Source: Synechococcaceae cyanobacterium
Lineage (GTDB): Bacteria > Cyanobacteriota > Cyanobacteriia > PCC-6307 > Cyanobiaceae
Reading direction: 5' to 3'
Length of the DNA stretch: 43,377 bases
NCBI GenBank assembly: GCA_947460085.1
Contig: CANHGA010000001.1
Location: forward strand, 1 to 43,377
Part shown: one piece after another, positions 1 to 9,906 of the stretch
Layout of the letters: the number at the start of each line of letters is the position of its first letter
Numbering within the stretch: position 1 is the first letter of the stretch
The notes under the pieces: model-generated
Databases searched by the model: none
The model's input: the letters and a program-made list of their open reading frames with translations, nothing else
What the model was told of the DNA's origin: nothing
Translations under genes and position numbers: made by a program

Positions 1-75
1 CGCTATCTGGGCACCATGGCCGTTGTGGATGAGCGCGACGCGGACAACGTGAGCGCCATGCTCCCCTACGCCTAA
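1..75 (+). CDS. rpmI: 50S ribosomal protein L35, 3' end (partial at window edge)
   Basis: Frame 1 reads RYLGTMAVVDERDADNVSAMLPYA-stop (TAA 73-75). This resembles the cyanobacterial L35 C-terminus and lies directly upstream of rplT. Confidence 0.9.
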   Translation, partial: RYLGTMAVVDERDADNVSAMLPYA

Positions 76-107
76 AACAAGTTTTCCCTTACCACTGATT
101 CCCTGCC

Positions 108-455
108 ATGGCTCGCGTTAAGAGGGGCAACGTTGCCCGTAAACGCCGTAACAAGGTCCTTCGTCTCGCTCGGGGTTTCCGGGGTGGCAACGGCTCCCTC
201 TTCCGTACCGCCAACCAGCGGGTAATGAAGGCGCTGTGCAATGCGTACCGCGACCGTCGTCGTCGGAAGCGCGATTTCCGCCGCCTTTGGATTGCCCGCA
301 TCAACGCCGCCGCCCGCATCAATGGGGTGAGCTACAGCCGCTTGATGGGTGGTCTGAAGAAGGTTGATGTGCGCATCAATCGCAAGATGCTGGCCCAACT
401 AGCCATGGTGGATCCCTCCAGCTTCACCAGCGTTGTGGGTGCGGCGAAAAGCTGA
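108..455 (+). CDS. rplT: 50S ribosomal protein L20
   Basis: [14 protein letters not shown]...[25 protein letters not shown], the L20 signature. Confidence 0.99.
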   Translation: MARVKRGNVARKRRNKVLRLARGFRGGNGSLFRTANQRVMKALCNAYRDRRRRKRDFRRLWIARINAAARINGVSYSRLMGGLKKVDVRINRKMLAQLAMVDPSSFTSVVGAAKS

Positions 456-490
456 TCCAATCCACTGATTTCAACCGGTCATAGGGCCCC

Positions 491-1033
491 TTGGACGCAC
501 TCCTTCCCCAGGCCTACCTGATTGGTCTTGTTGTTTTGCTGGGTGCCGCCGCCGTGGTGGTAGCCCGGCAAATTTGGCGTGTCCGCGGTGACGAAGTCAC
601 CCTCGCCAAGCTGGAACGCAACGATGCGGCCCAGCCCACGGACGCGGCCACGCTCTACGAGTTGGCCTGCGTCCAACTGCGCAAGCGCCTCTACGGCCAG
701 GCAGCAGAAAATCTGAAACTGGCCATCAAGCGAGCCGATGCCCAGCAGGAGCCCTCGGAAGCCAGGGCCTTGATTGAAAATGCCCTGGGCTTTTCGCTGG
801 CTGCCCAGAACAATTACAAAACCGCCATCCGGCATTACCGCCAAGCCCTCCAGGCCAAGCCCGACTATCCGGTGGCCCTCAACAACCTGGCCTTTGCCCT
901 CGAAAAGCTACTCAAGCCAGACGAGGCCAAGGAGGCCTACGACAAGGTGTTGGTGCTTGACCCCGGCAATAAAACAGCCCGCAAAAGGCTGAAATTGCTG
1001 GGGCGCCAGTCCGGATTCGACCCGGTGGCCTGA
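491..1033 (+). CDS. ycf37: TPR protein with N-terminal TM helix, photosystem I assembly factor Ycf37/Pyg7 family
   Basis: TTG start, hydrophobic N-terminus (YLIGLVVLLGAAAVVVA), TPR repeats (ENALGFSLAAQNNY...YPVALNNLAFALE); typical position after rplT. Confidence 0.8.
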   Translation: MDALLPQAYLIGLVVLLGAAAVVVARQIWRVRGDEVTLAKLERNDAAQPTDAATLYELACVQLRKRLYGQAAENLKLAIKRADAQQEPSEARALIENALGFSLAAQNNYKTAIRHYRQALQAKPDYPVALNNLAFALEKLLKPDEAKEAYDKVLVLDPGNKTARKRLKLLGRQSGFDPVA

Positions 1034-1042
1034 GGGCCCGAG

Positions 1043-1720
1043 CTACCAGAGACCGCGCACGGGAACGGCCTTGCCTGCTCCCCGAGGAGCCACCAGGGGC
1101 CGCGAGCCCATCGGCGCGAGGGCCAGCCTGCCGCCCATGTCGGTCAGGCGGTCGGCACTCCAACCACTCAAGGCAATGCCCTGCAGGCCTTGGAACCTTC
1201 CGCCCGCATTCAAGCCACCACCAAGTTTGGCGGCCAGGGGAATCAAATCGAGCTGGTCGGATTGGGCGTTGAGGTTGCCCTGCACCGGCGTCTTCTGGCC
1301 AGCAATGGTCATCTCACCCCGCAGGGTCACCATGGCGCCCACCGGGGTCACGGCCGCAAAGGTGAGCTGCACCGGCACCGGAGCACTACCCCCAAATGCT
1401 TGATAGGTGCCGCTCCATTGGCGCGGCAGTTCCCTAGCAATCACCTGGGCCCTGGCTGAGGGATCAAAGGTTTGGACAGGCCCCATTTCCGTATCGGTGG
1501 CCTGATCCAGGCGCTGGGCCGATCCGGCGGTAGGCGCCTGGAAAGGCACAAACGAAGACCCTGGCAGGGGCATGGCGGTCGGCACCCCACCAGGGGTGGC
1601 AGCCACGGCCTCAGGAGTCAGAAATTGAGCAGCCACCAGCAATCCGGGAGCCAACAGTCCAGCCGAGACAGCGCTGGAAACCAGCCATCTGGACATCGGG
1701 ACCGACATCGGCACGGCCAT
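1043..1720 (-). CDS. hypothetical exported protein (start uncertain: ATG 1720, 1708 or 1696)
   Basis: Signal-peptide-like N-terminus ending AVA, a Pro/Ala linker, then a beta-rich domain (WSGTYQAFG...LRGEMTIAG...VQGNLNA). It fills the gap between ycf37 and thiG. Confidence 0.7.
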   Translation of the reverse strand: MAVPMSVPMSRWLVSSAVSAGLLAPGLLVAAQFLTPEAVAATPGGVPTAMPLPGSSFVPFQAPTAGSAQRLDQATDTEMGPVQTFDPSARAQVIARELPRQWSGTYQAFGGSAPVPVQLTFAAVTPVGAMVTLRGEMTIAGQKTPVQGNLNAQSDQLDLIPLAAKLGGGLNAGGRFQGLQGIALSGWSADRLTDMGGRLALAPMGSRPLVAPRGAGKAVPVRGLW

Positions 1721-1833
1721 CGGTAGGGGTACCGGCGTGGAAATTGACACAGGAAACGGAGCTGGAGTCGGCACGACAGTGGGATCGGGCTAATGGGAGG
1801 CTAGTCGGAAGCAATGACGACAACTGGTTTCCC

Positions 1834-2658
1834 GTGTCAGATAATCCGCTGCAGGATTCCGCGAAGCCCGATCCCCTGGTGATTGGGGGCCGCAGCTTTC
1901 AAAGTCGACTGATGACTGGCACGGGGAAGTACCCCAGCCTCGCCTGCATGCAAGCCAGCCTGGCCTCCAGTGGCTGCGAGATCGTCACCGTGGCCGTGCG
2001 CCGCGTGCAGAGCCAGGCAGCGGGCCATGAGGGCCTCCTGGAAGCCATCGACTGGCAACGCATCTGGATGCTGCCCAATACCGCCGGCTGTGCCACCGCC
2101 GAAGAAGCCATCCGGGTGGCCCGGCTGGGCCGGGAGCTGGCCAAGTTGGCCGGCCAGGAAGACAACACCTTCGTGAAGCTGGAGGTGATTCCAGACAGCA
2201 GACACCTGTTGCCAGATCCCATTGGCACCCTCAAAGCCGCCGAACAGCTGGTGAAGGAGGGCTTCACGGTGCTCCCCTACATCAATGCCGATCCCCTCCT
2301 GGCCAAGCACCTGGAGGATGCCGGCTGCGCCACGGTGATGCCATTGGGTTCTCCCATCGGCTCAGGCCAGGGCATTCGCAACGCCGCCAACATCGCCCTC
2401 ATCATTGAAAACGCCAGGGTTCCGGTGGTGGTGGATGCGGGGATTGGGGTACCTAGCGAAGCCGCCCAGGCCATGGAGATGGGGGCCGATGCCCTGTTGA
2501 TCAACAGTGCCATCGCCCTGGCCGGCAATCCCCAAGCCATGGCCAGGGCCATGGCCCTGGCCGCCGAAGCGGGCCGCACGGCCTTCCAAGCCGGTCGGCT
2601 CCCCATCCGCCCCCAAGCCAGCCCCAGCTCCCCCACAGGCGGCCGGATCGGTACTTAG
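1834..2658 (+). CDS. thiG: thiazole synthase (probable GTG start at 1834)
   Basis: [17 protein letters not shown], catalytic [27 protein letters not shown] motifs. Confidence 0.97.
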   Translation: MSDNPLQDSAKPDPLVIGGRSFQSRLMTGTGKYPSLACMQASLASSGCEIVTVAVRRVQSQAAGHEGLLEAIDWQRIWMLPNTAGCATAEEAIRVARLGRELAKLAGQEDNTFVKLEVIPDSRHLLPDPIGTLKAAEQLVKEGFTVLPYINADPLLAKHLEDAGCATVMPLGSPIGSGQGIRNAANIALIIENARVPVVVDAGIGVPSEAAQAMEMGADALLINSAIALAGNPQAMARAMALAAEAGRTAFQAGRLPIRPQASPSSPTGGRIGT

Positions 2659-2766
2659 CAACCCCGGCATGAGGCCCTGGGGCGGGAGCTCGATGAAGTT
2701 CCGTACCGAGGCCATGGTTGGACCTGGCGGGCTCCATAGGGTGGCTGGCATTTGAAAAATCCATCC

Positions 2767-2934
2767 ATGCAGGTCACCCAAGAAGATGGCGGGCGGCTCA
2801 ATGCCTTTGCCAAAGAACCCCGCATGGTGGTGATGGAAAAGGGCGAAACCCAAGGCCCCGCCAGCAAACTGCTGCTGCTTGGGGGCACGGTGCTGGTCCT
2901 CACCCTTGTGGCGGTGGCAGCCCGGATCAGCTGA
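2767..2934 (+). CDS. psb34: photosystem II assembly factor Psb34 / Ssl1498-family small membrane protein
   Basis: MQVTQEDGGRLNAFAKEPRMV followed by one C-terminal TM helix; the G.LN.FA.EP motif is the family hallmark. Confidence 0.85.
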   Translation: MQVTQEDGGRLNAFAKEPRMVVMEKGETQGPASKLLLLGGTVLVLTLVAVAARIS

Positions 2935-2997
2935 ACACTTGTAGTAGCTTGCGCTCTGGAGCATCCGCTCGTACTGCAGGGGTCTGGGGTTTTCGGA

Positions 2998-4191
2998 ATG
3001 AAGGTTTTCGTTCTCGGTGGCGATGGCTTTTGCGGCTGGCCTTGCGCAGTGAACCTGGCGGACGATGGTCACGACGTGGTGATTGTCGACAACCTCAGTC
3101 GCCGCAAGATCGACCTCGACCTCGGGGTCGAGTCGCTGACGCCGATTGCCACAATTTTTGATCGCCTGAAGGCCTGGGAGCAGGTGGGGGGCAAGGCGAT
3201 GCGTTTTGTCCATCTGGACATCGCCAAGGACTACGACGGCCTGCTGTCCCTGCTGCGCAGTGAACGGCCCGAGGCCATCGTCCATTTCGCCGAGCAACGG
3301 GCTGCCCCCTACTCGATGAAAACCAGCGCCACCAAGCGCTACACCGTGGACAACAACGTCAACGGCACCCACAACCTGCTCGCCGCCATCGTGGAGAGCG
3401 GCCTCGACACCCACATCGTGCATCTCGGCACCATGGGCGTCTATGGCTACGGCTCCCACCGGGGGGCCACCATCCCCGAGGGCTACCTCAAGGTGGAAGT
3501 GCCCCAACCGGATGGCAGCCGCTTTGAGGAGGAGATCCTGCACCCGGCCAGCCCGGGCAGCGTCTATCACATGACCAAGACGCTGGACCAGCTGCTCTTC
3601 CTCTACTACAACAAAAACGACCAGATCCGCATTACCGATCTCCACCAGGGGATTGTCTGGGGCACCAACACCGCCGCCACCGAGCGTGACCCCCGCCTCA
3701 CCAACCGCTTCGATTACGACGGTGATTACGGCACGGTGTTGAACCGCTTCCTGATGCAAGCCGCCATCGGCTATCCCCTGACCGTGCATGGCACCGGGGG
3801 CCAAACCCGCGCCTTCATCCACATCCGTGATTCGGTGAAGTGCGTGCAGCTGGCCCTAGAGAACCCACCCGCCAAAGGGGAGCGGGTGAAAATCTTTAAC
3901 CAGATGACCGAAAGTCACCAGGTGGGCGAGCTCGCCCAAAAGGTTGCTGCCCTGACCGGCGCCCAGATCAACAACCTGCCAAACCCCCGCAACGAGGCCG
4001 TTGAAAACGACTTGATCGTGGACAACCGCTGCTTTATCGAGCTCGGCCTCAACCCCACCACCCTCGATGACGGCCTCCTGGCTGAAGTGGTGGATGTGGC
4101 TCGCCGCTGGGCCGATCGCTGTGACCGCAGTCGCATTCCCTGCAACTCCGCCTGGACCCAAACCCAGGCCCAGGCCATCCAAACGGCTTAG
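2998..4191 (+). CDS. sqdB: UDP-sulfoquinovose synthase
   Basis: GGDGFCGW Rossmann motif, HFAEQRAAPYSMK, HLGTMGVYGY, YHMTK, FDYDGDYGTVLNRF. Confidence 0.97.
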   Translation: MKVFVLGGDGFCGWPCAVNLADDGHDVVIVDNLSRRKIDLDLGVESLTPIATIFDRLKAWEQVGGKAMRFVHLDIAKDYDGLLSLLRSERPEAIVHFAEQRAAPYSMKTSATKRYTVDNNVNGTHNLLAAIVESGLDTHIVHLGTMGVYGYGSHRGATIPEGYLKVEVPQPDGSRFEEEILHPASPGSVYHMTKTLDQLLFLYYNKNDQIRITDLHQGIVWGTNTAATERDPRLTNRFDYDGDYGTVLNRFLMQAAIGYPLTVHGTGGQTRAFIHIRDSVKCVQLALENPPAKGERVKIFNQMTESHQVGELAQKVAALTGAQINNLPNPRNEAVENDLIVDNRCFIELGLNPTTLDDGLLAEVVDVARRWADRCDRSRIPCNSAWTQTQAQAIQTA

Positions 4192-4205
4192 AGCAGGCCC
4201 CTCCC

Positions 4206-5354
4206 TTGAAGATCGCTTTTTTCACGGAAACCTTCCTCCCCAAGGTTGACGGGATCGTCACCCGGCTTACCAAGACCATCCAACACCTGGTGGCCGCTGG
4301 CGATGAGGTGCTGATCTTTTGTCCTGAAGGTTGCCCCTCCAGCTACATGGGGGCCCAGGTGGTGGGCGTACCGGCCATGCCGCTCCCCCTCTATCCCGAA
4401 CTCAAGCTGGCCCTCCCCAGGCCCGCCGTGGCCGAAGCTCTGGATCGCTTCAACCCGGATTTGGTCCATGTGGTGAACCCGGCGGTGCTGGGCTTGGGTG
4501 GCATTTGGCTGGCCAAAACCAAGGGCTATCCCCTGGTGGCCAGCTATCACACCCATCTGCCCAAGTACCTGGAGCACTACGGGATGGGCATGCTCGAACC
4601 CCTGCTCTGGGAACTCCTCAAGGCAGCCCACAACCAGGCCAGCCTGAACCTCTGCACCTCCACCGCCATGGTGGGGGAACTCAGCGACAAGGGAATCCAG
4701 CACACCGACCTGTGGCAACGCGGGGTGGATACGGAGCTGTTCCGGCCTGAGCTCCGCTCGGAGGCCATGCGCGCGAAGCTGCTCGGCGGCCGCAGCGATA
4801 CCGGCAAGCTGCTCCTCTACATCGGTCGGCTCTCGGCTGAGAAGCAAATTGAGCGCATCAAACCCGTGCTCGAGGCCATGCCCGATGCCCGGCTGGCCCT
4901 GGTGGGGGATGGGCCCTACCGCCAACAGCTGGAGAAAATTTTTGCGGGTACCCCGGCCCAGTTTGTGGGCTACTTGGCCGGCGAAGAACTGGCCGCTGCC
5001 TATGCCAGTGGCGATGCCTTTGTCTTCCCCTCGAGCACCGAAACCCTTGGCCTGGTCTTGCTGGAGGCCATGGCGGCAGGCTGCCCGGTGGTGGGCGCCA
5101 ACCGCGGCGGCATCCCCGACATCGTCAGCGACGGGGTCAATGGCTGCCTCTACGAGCCCGAAGGCCCGGATGGGGGCGCGGCCAGCCTGACCGCGGCGGT
5201 CCAACGGCTCCTAGGCGACACCAGCGAGCGCCAATCCCTGCGGAACAACGCCCGTCAAGAAGCGGAGCGCTGGGGCTGGGCCGGCGCCACCGAACAGCTG
5301 CGGGGCTATTACCGCACCCTGCTCGGCAAGCCTGACCTGCAGCTGGTGGCCTAA
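4206..5354 (+). CDS. sqdX: sulfoquinovosyldiacylglycerol synthase (GT4 glycosyltransferase)
   Basis: KIAFFTETFLPKVDGIV and FVFPSSTETLGLVLLEAMAAG; immediately downstream of sqdB. Confidence 0.93.
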   Translation: MKIAFFTETFLPKVDGIVTRLTKTIQHLVAAGDEVLIFCPEGCPSSYMGAQVVGVPAMPLPLYPELKLALPRPAVAEALDRFNPDLVHVVNPAVLGLGGIWLAKTKGYPLVASYHTHLPKYLEHYGMGMLEPLLWELLKAAHNQASLNLCTSTAMVGELSDKGIQHTDLWQRGVDTELFRPELRSEAMRAKLLGGRSDTGKLLLYIGRLSAEKQIERIKPVLEAMPDARLALVGDGPYRQQLEKIFAGTPAQFVGYLAGEELAAAYASGDAFVFPSSTETLGLVLLEAMAAGCPVVGANRGGIPDIVSDGVNGCLYEPEGPDGGAASLTAAVQRLLGDTSERQSLRNNARQEAERWGWAGATEQLRGYYRTLLGKPDLQLVA

Positions 5355-7117
5355 GGCTTGCCTTTAACGCTGGTCGGGGCATTCACGCCGCGGAACCACG
5401 TGGTCATCAGGGCCTTCACCATCGGGGCGGCCACGGTGCCGCCATAGCCCCCTGAATTTTCGCCAAAGGCCACGATCACCAAGGTGGGCTTGTCCGCTGG
5501 GGCGTAACCGCCAAACCAGGCGTGATCTGGCCTGGGCGGATCTTCGCCGGTACCGGTTTTGCCCGCCACGGGGGGCAGGGTGGGGTCATTGAGCACCTTG
5601 CCGGTGCCCTGGGTCACCACCATGCGCAGGCCCTCGCGCAGCACCTGCAGGGTGGCTGGTTGCAGCCCCAGCCAACGGCGAGGGGTTGGCCGTTCCACCA
5701 AGTGGGGAGTGACCAACCAGCCCCCGTTAGACACGGCCGCATAGAGGCGTGCCATCTGGATCGGGGTCACCTGCAGGGCCCCCTGGCCAATCGCCGAGGT
5801 GATGGTGTCCACCGGAGTCCAGGCTTCCCCCAGGACTTTCTGTTTCCAGGCGGGATCGCCGAGCAGCCCCGAGGTTTCCTCGTCCGTTAACTCCAGGCCC
5901 GTCACAGCGCCGAAACCGAGGCGCCGGGCGGTCTGGAACAGGTGGGCAGGGCCGAGCTTCAAGCCCACTTGGTAGAAGACGGTGTTGCTACTTACCGCTA
6001 GGGCCATGGGGAAGCCGATCAGCCCCATGGCCCCATGGTCTCCGTAGCAGAGCCCCGCGTAGCAGAAGGAACGCATGGACATCACCTTGGAGTTGGCGGT
6101 GTAGAGGCCCGATTCCAGGGCCGCGATCGTGGTGACCACCTTGAAGGTGCTCGCCGGGGGAAATCCCTGAAAGGCCCGGTTCAGCAGCGGCGCATTCGGG
6201 GAGTTAAGGCTGGCCCACTGGCTGCTGGTGGGGCCATCGGAGAACACATTGGGATCAAAGGTGGGGCGGCTGGCAATGGCCCGAATCGCACCGGTCTGGG
6301 GGTCCATCGCCACAATCGCCCCCTTGGCCACGCCATCGAGGGCCCGCTCCGCCGCCTGCTGCAGCGGTAAATCCAAGGTGAGGGTGAGGTCCTGGCCGGG
6401 TTTGGCCGGCTTATCACCCAAGACCTGTTGAACCTGCCCCGCCGCATTGACCTCCACCTGCTGCCCGCCCCATTGGCCCCGCAACGACGACTCAAAGGCC
6501 TTTTCCACCCCGCTGCGCCCCACCCGATCACGGATGCGGTAGCCCTTGGTTTGGAGCCGTTCGTATTCCTCTTCGGTGATCCCGCTGGTGTAGCCCAACA
6601 CGTGGGCGCCGAGGCGGCCATGGGGGTAACTGCGCAACACATCGGTGTCCACCTCGGCCCCCTTGAGGGCGTCGATCTGCTCGCGAAAACGCAGCACCTG
6701 CACACTGGTCAAGCCAGCCATCAGGGGGATCCGGAACCCTTCGGGATTCGCCCCTTGGGCCCGGGCCTGATCCAAGCTGGATGGCCCCACGGCCAAGACC
6801 GTCGCCAGCCGATCCCGTAGGGCCGGCCACTGGGTATCGCTGACCTGGCGGGGCTGGAGATAGAGGTTGTAGGTGAGACGGCTACTCGCCAAGACATCCC
6901 CATGGCGGTCCAGGATCCGGCCGCGAATGGGATTGCGGGGCATCAGCCGAATGCGGTTGTCATCGGCCCGGGCCTTGTTTTCACTGCCGTGGACCAACTG
7001 CAACCAGGCGAGCCTGGCCACCATGACGCCGCTCAACACGAGAACCACCACCAAAAGCAGGACCGGCTGCTGGCCCATGCCGCTATGGCGGGAGGATCTC
7101 GGCGGGCCAGCCACCAT
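5351..7117 (-). CDS. mrdA: penicillin-binding protein 2 (class B PBP)
   Basis: N-terminal TM, RGRILDR, SxxK (PASTFK), SxN (SSNT) and KTG (GKTGT) motifs. Confidence 0.93.
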   Translation of the reverse strand: MVAGPPRSSRHSGMGQQPVLLLVVVLVLSGVMVARLAWLQLVHGSENKARADDNRIRLMPRNPIRGRILDRHGDVLASSRLTYNLYLQPRQVSDTQWPALRDRLATVLAVGPSSLDQARAQGANPEGFRIPLMAGLTSVQVLRFREQIDALKGAEVDTDVLRSYPHGRLGAHVLGYTSGITEEEYERLQTKGYRIRDRVGRSGVEKAFESSLRGQWGGQQVEVNAAGQVQQVLGDKPAKPGQDLTLTLDLPLQQAAERALDGVAKGAIVAMDPQTGAIRAIASRPTFDPNVFSDGPTSSQWASLNSPNAPLLNRAFQGFPPASTFKVVTTIAALESGLYTANSKVMSMRSFCYAGLCYGDHGAMGLIGFPMALAVSSNTVFYQVGLKLGPAHLFQTARRLGFGAVTGLELTDEETSGLLGDPAWKQKVLGEAWTPVDTITSAIGQGALQVTPIQMARLYAAVSNGGWLVTPHLVERPTPRRWLGLQPATLQVLREGLRMVVTQGTGKVLNDPTLPPVAGKTGTGEDPPRPDHAWFGGYAPADKPTLVIVAFGENSGGYGGTVAAPMVKALMTTWFRGVNAPTSVKGKP

Positions 7118-7119
7118 GC

Positions 7120-7497
7120 CTATTCGGCTCCGAGGCGCTGCTCCAGCAGCTGTAGGCGCTCCGCGATTCGGCCAAGGCCCTCCTGGAGGGCCGCACTGTC
7201 ATCCGGGTCCAACGGCTCCCCAGTCTCCTCCGGCCCATCCGGCACATCCCGGACCTCCACTTTCATCACGGGATTGCCCAGGCCTGGGCGCAGCCGGTCC
7301 AAGCTCTGGCGCACCTGGCTGGCAGCCCCTTCGCCCTCCTGGCGCAACTGCTCCAGCGGATCCTTGTCGCCGGCCTGAAAGGCCGCCATCACATCCTTCG
7401 CCCCCCCTTTGCGGGCCCGGTCGGCTACGGCCAGCCCCACCGGCAACAACTCCTGCATGAGCTTGAGGCGAAATGAATCAAGGGGGTCGGCGGCCAT
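7120..7497 (-). CDS. hypothetical protein, C-terminal coiled coil
   Basis: 125-aa ORF ending 2 bp before the mrdA start; RPGLGNPVMKVEVRD resembles cyanobacterial genes found upstream of mrdA. Confidence 0.75.
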   Translation of the reverse strand: MAADPLDSFRLKLMQELLPVGLAVADRARKGGAKDVMAAFQAGDKDPLEQLRQEGEGAASQVRQSLDRLRPGLGNPVMKVEVRDVPDGPEETGEPLDPDDSAALQEGLGRIAERLQLLEQRLGAE

Positions 7498-7556
7498 GGC
7501 GACAGTCCTGGCACAGGGAAGCTTCCAGTTTGACCGCTAGAGCCCGGCGCTGGGCC

Positions 7557-8198
7557 TTAAGGGGAGGGCCGCTGCAGCGCGGGCCGCACACCTGGATCGA
7601 TGATGAGCTGACGGCAGTTTTGCTGACTTCCCCACCACCAGCCAGCGGCCACCGCCACCGCCAGCAGCGAGGCCAAGGGCACAACAGCCTGCCGGGTCAC
7701 ATCCAGGGCAAACCACTCCATCCAGGCCCGCAGGGTGCGTTCCCGATCAAAACGGCGGCGGGCCTTCTCCTCCGCCTTCTCGCGCCGCCTCAGCGAACGC
7801 ATCACCCAGCGCTCAAAGGCCCGCTTTTTGGTGACCGCCATCTTGCGCTCCACCTCCAGCAACTGGCCGGCGGTGAGGTCTGGGTTGAAGGTGCTGATCA
7901 GCTCAAGGCTTTTGAGGAACATTTCCACCGCCCCATCCTTGGCGGCGCAGTCGGCCTGGTCGAGCAACTCCCAATTGAGCTCGGGATAAAACCGGCTGCG
8001 GTTACTAATGATCTGGTCTTCCTGCAGTTGCCCCGGTTCCCGCAGCCAACGGTCGGTATTGGCATCGAAGCGACGCCAATAGAGGAAGGGGTTCAAATAA
8101 ATCGTTTTGCCCCCCAGCTGGATGCTGTCCTCCTGGAGCCGTCGTTGAAGGTCGGAATCGCTAGCAGGGTCGCTGGTTGGCCCGGGGGCGGCAGTCAC
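7557..8198 (-). CDS. conserved cyanobacterial hypothetical protein with C-terminal TM (GTG 8198 or TTG 8288 start)
   Basis: IYLNPFLYWRRFDANTDRWLREPGQL and FLKSLELISTFNPDLT, with a hydrophobic C-terminus; lies between guaA and mrdA. Confidence 0.8.
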   Translation of the reverse strand: MTAAPGPTSDPASDSDLQRRLQEDSIQLGGKTIYLNPFLYWRRFDANTDRWLREPGQLQEDQIISNRSRFYPELNWELLDQADCAAKDGAVEMFLKSLELISTFNPDLTAGQLLEVERKMAVTKKRAFERWVMRSLRRREKAEEKARRRFDRERTLRAWMEWFALDVTRQAVVPLASLLAVAVAAGWWWGSQQNCRQLIIDPGVRPALQRPSP

Positions 8199-8240
8199 GA
8201 TGGCTGGGCTGGGAGCCGATGGTATCGAAGCTGCAGCGTC

Positions 8241-8283
8241 GGGGCTACTCCCAGGGGCGTTACTCCCAGGGGCGTTATTCCCA
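8241..8283 (-). repeat. 15-bp tandem repeat (about 2.9 copies) of the guaA 3' end
   Basis: Minus strand reads TGGGAATAACGCCCC TGGGAGTAACGCCCC TGGGAGTAGCCCC. Confidence 0.9.
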
Positions 8284-9873
8284 TTCAATGGTGCCCGGGG
8301 GCTTGCTGGTGATGTCGAGCACCACCCGGTTCACACCCTTCACCTCATTGACGATGCGATTGGAGATCTTCTCCAACAGGTCGTAGGGCAGCCGCGACCA
8401 ATCGGCGGTCATGCCGTCTTCGGACGACACGCAGCGCAGCACGATCGGGAAGGCGTAGGTGCGCTTATCGCCCATGACGCCCACACTGCGGACCGGCAAC
8501 AGGACGGCAAAGGCCTGCCAGATCTCGTTGTAGAGACCAGCCTCTTTGACCTCCTCCCGCACGATCAAATCGGCATCGCGAAGGATGTTGAGCTTCTCGC
8601 TGGTGACCTCACCCAAAATCCGAATCGCCAGGCCCGGGCCCGGGAAGGGATGGCGCCCGACGATTTCCTGGGGCAAACCGAGATTGCGGCCCACCTTGCG
8701 AACTTCGTCCTTAAACAGCCGGCGCAGGGGCTCCACCAGCTTGAACTGGAGGTCTTTCGGCAGGCCACCCACGTTGTGGTGGCTCTTGATCTTCACCGCA
8801 ACCCGCTCACCGGTTTTGGGATCGATGCCCGTGCCGGCGCTCTCAATCACATCGGGGTACAGGGTGCCCTGGGCGAGGTAATCAAAGGGCCCAAGCCGCT
8901 TGCTCTCCTCTTCGAACACCCGGATGAATTCGGTGCCAATCAGCTTGCGCTTCTCCTCGGGATCGGTCACCCCATCAAGCTTGTTGATGAAGCGCTCCCG
9001 GGCATTGATGTACTCGACATTGATGTGAAAACGCTTGTCGAAAAACTCCACCAAAAATTCAGGCTCCCCTTTGCGCATGAAGCCCTGGTCGATGAACATG
9101 CAGGTGAGCTGATCGCCAATGGCCTTGTGCAACAGGAAAGCGAGGGTGGAGGAATCGACACCACCGGAAAGGGCCAGCAACACACGCTTATCTCCCACTT
9201 GGGCCCGCACATCAGCCACGGCCTCATCGATGAAAGCCGCCGTGGTCCAGTCGGTTTCGCACTCACAAATGTGATAAACGAAATTGCGCAGCATCGCCAT
9301 CCCACCGGTGGAATGGACCACCTCGGGGTGGAACTGCACCCCATACAACCGCCGCTGGTGATCGGCCACCGCCGCCTCGGGCGTGTTGTCGGTATGGGCC
9401 AGCCGGGCAAAGCCTGCGGGCAAGCGCTCCACGGAATCACCGTGGCTCATCCACATGGTCGAACCATCCTGGACATTGGTCAGCAGATCAACTGGGTCGT
9501 CCACAAACAGAGGCGCCTTGCCGTATTCAGCGCGACCTGCCGCCACCACCGAACCGCCCAGCTGCTGCACCATCAGCTGCATGCCGTAGCAAACACCGAG
9601 TATCGGAATGCCCAGGTCCCAGATACCTGGATCACACACCGGTGCCCCGGGCTCATACACGGAGCTTGGGCCGCCACTGAGGATGATCCCCTTGGGCTGG
9701 ATGGCCTTGAGTTCTTCCGCCGTGGTGGTGTAACCCATCACCAGGGAAAACACCTCGGTTTCCCGCACGCGCCGGGCGATCAGCTCGGAGTATTGGGAAC
9801 CAAAATCAAGGATCACAATCGCCGGATGGCGACTGGATTGGGAGGTGGGATCGACGGCAGCTACTGAAGACAT
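8275..9873 (-). CDS. guaA: GMP synthase (glutamine-hydrolysing)
   Basis: [38 protein letters not shown] and C-terminal KPPGTIEWE. Confidence 0.99.
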   Translation of the reverse strand: MSSVAAVDPTSQSSRHPAIVILDFGSQYSELIARRVRETEVFSLVMGYTTTAEELKAIQPKGIILSGGPSSVYEPGAPVCDPGIWDLGIPILGVCYGMQLMVQQLGGSVVAAGRAEYGKAPLFVDDPVDLLTNVQDGSTMWMSHGDSVERLPAGFARLAHTDNTPEAAVADHQRRLYGVQFHPEVVHSTGGMAMLRNFVYHICECETDWTTAAFIDEAVADVRAQVGDKRVLLALSGGVDSSTLAFLLHKAIGDQLTCMFIDQGFMRKGEPEFLVEFFDKRFHINVEYINARERFINKLDGVTDPEEKRKLIGTEFIRVFEEESKRLGPFDYLAQGTLYPDVIESAGTGIDPKTGERVAVKIKSHHNVGGLPKDLQFKLVEPLRRLFKDEVRKVGRNLGLPQEIVGRHPFPGPGLAIRILGEVTSEKLNILRDADLIVREEVKEAGLYNEIWQAFAVLLPVRSVGVMGDKRTYAFPIVLRCVSSEDGMTADWSRLPYDLLEKISNRIVNEVKGVNRVVLDITSKPPGTIEWE

Positions 9874-9906
9874 TCGAGGCGATCGGCCCGAGGCATTCGG
9901 GCCAGC

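Noticed and set aside
1721-1833. TPP riboswitch before thiG (and a cobalamin riboswitch before cbiD at 11068-11167)
   Set aside because: Both leaders are short divergent gaps lacking the conserved aptamer motifs.
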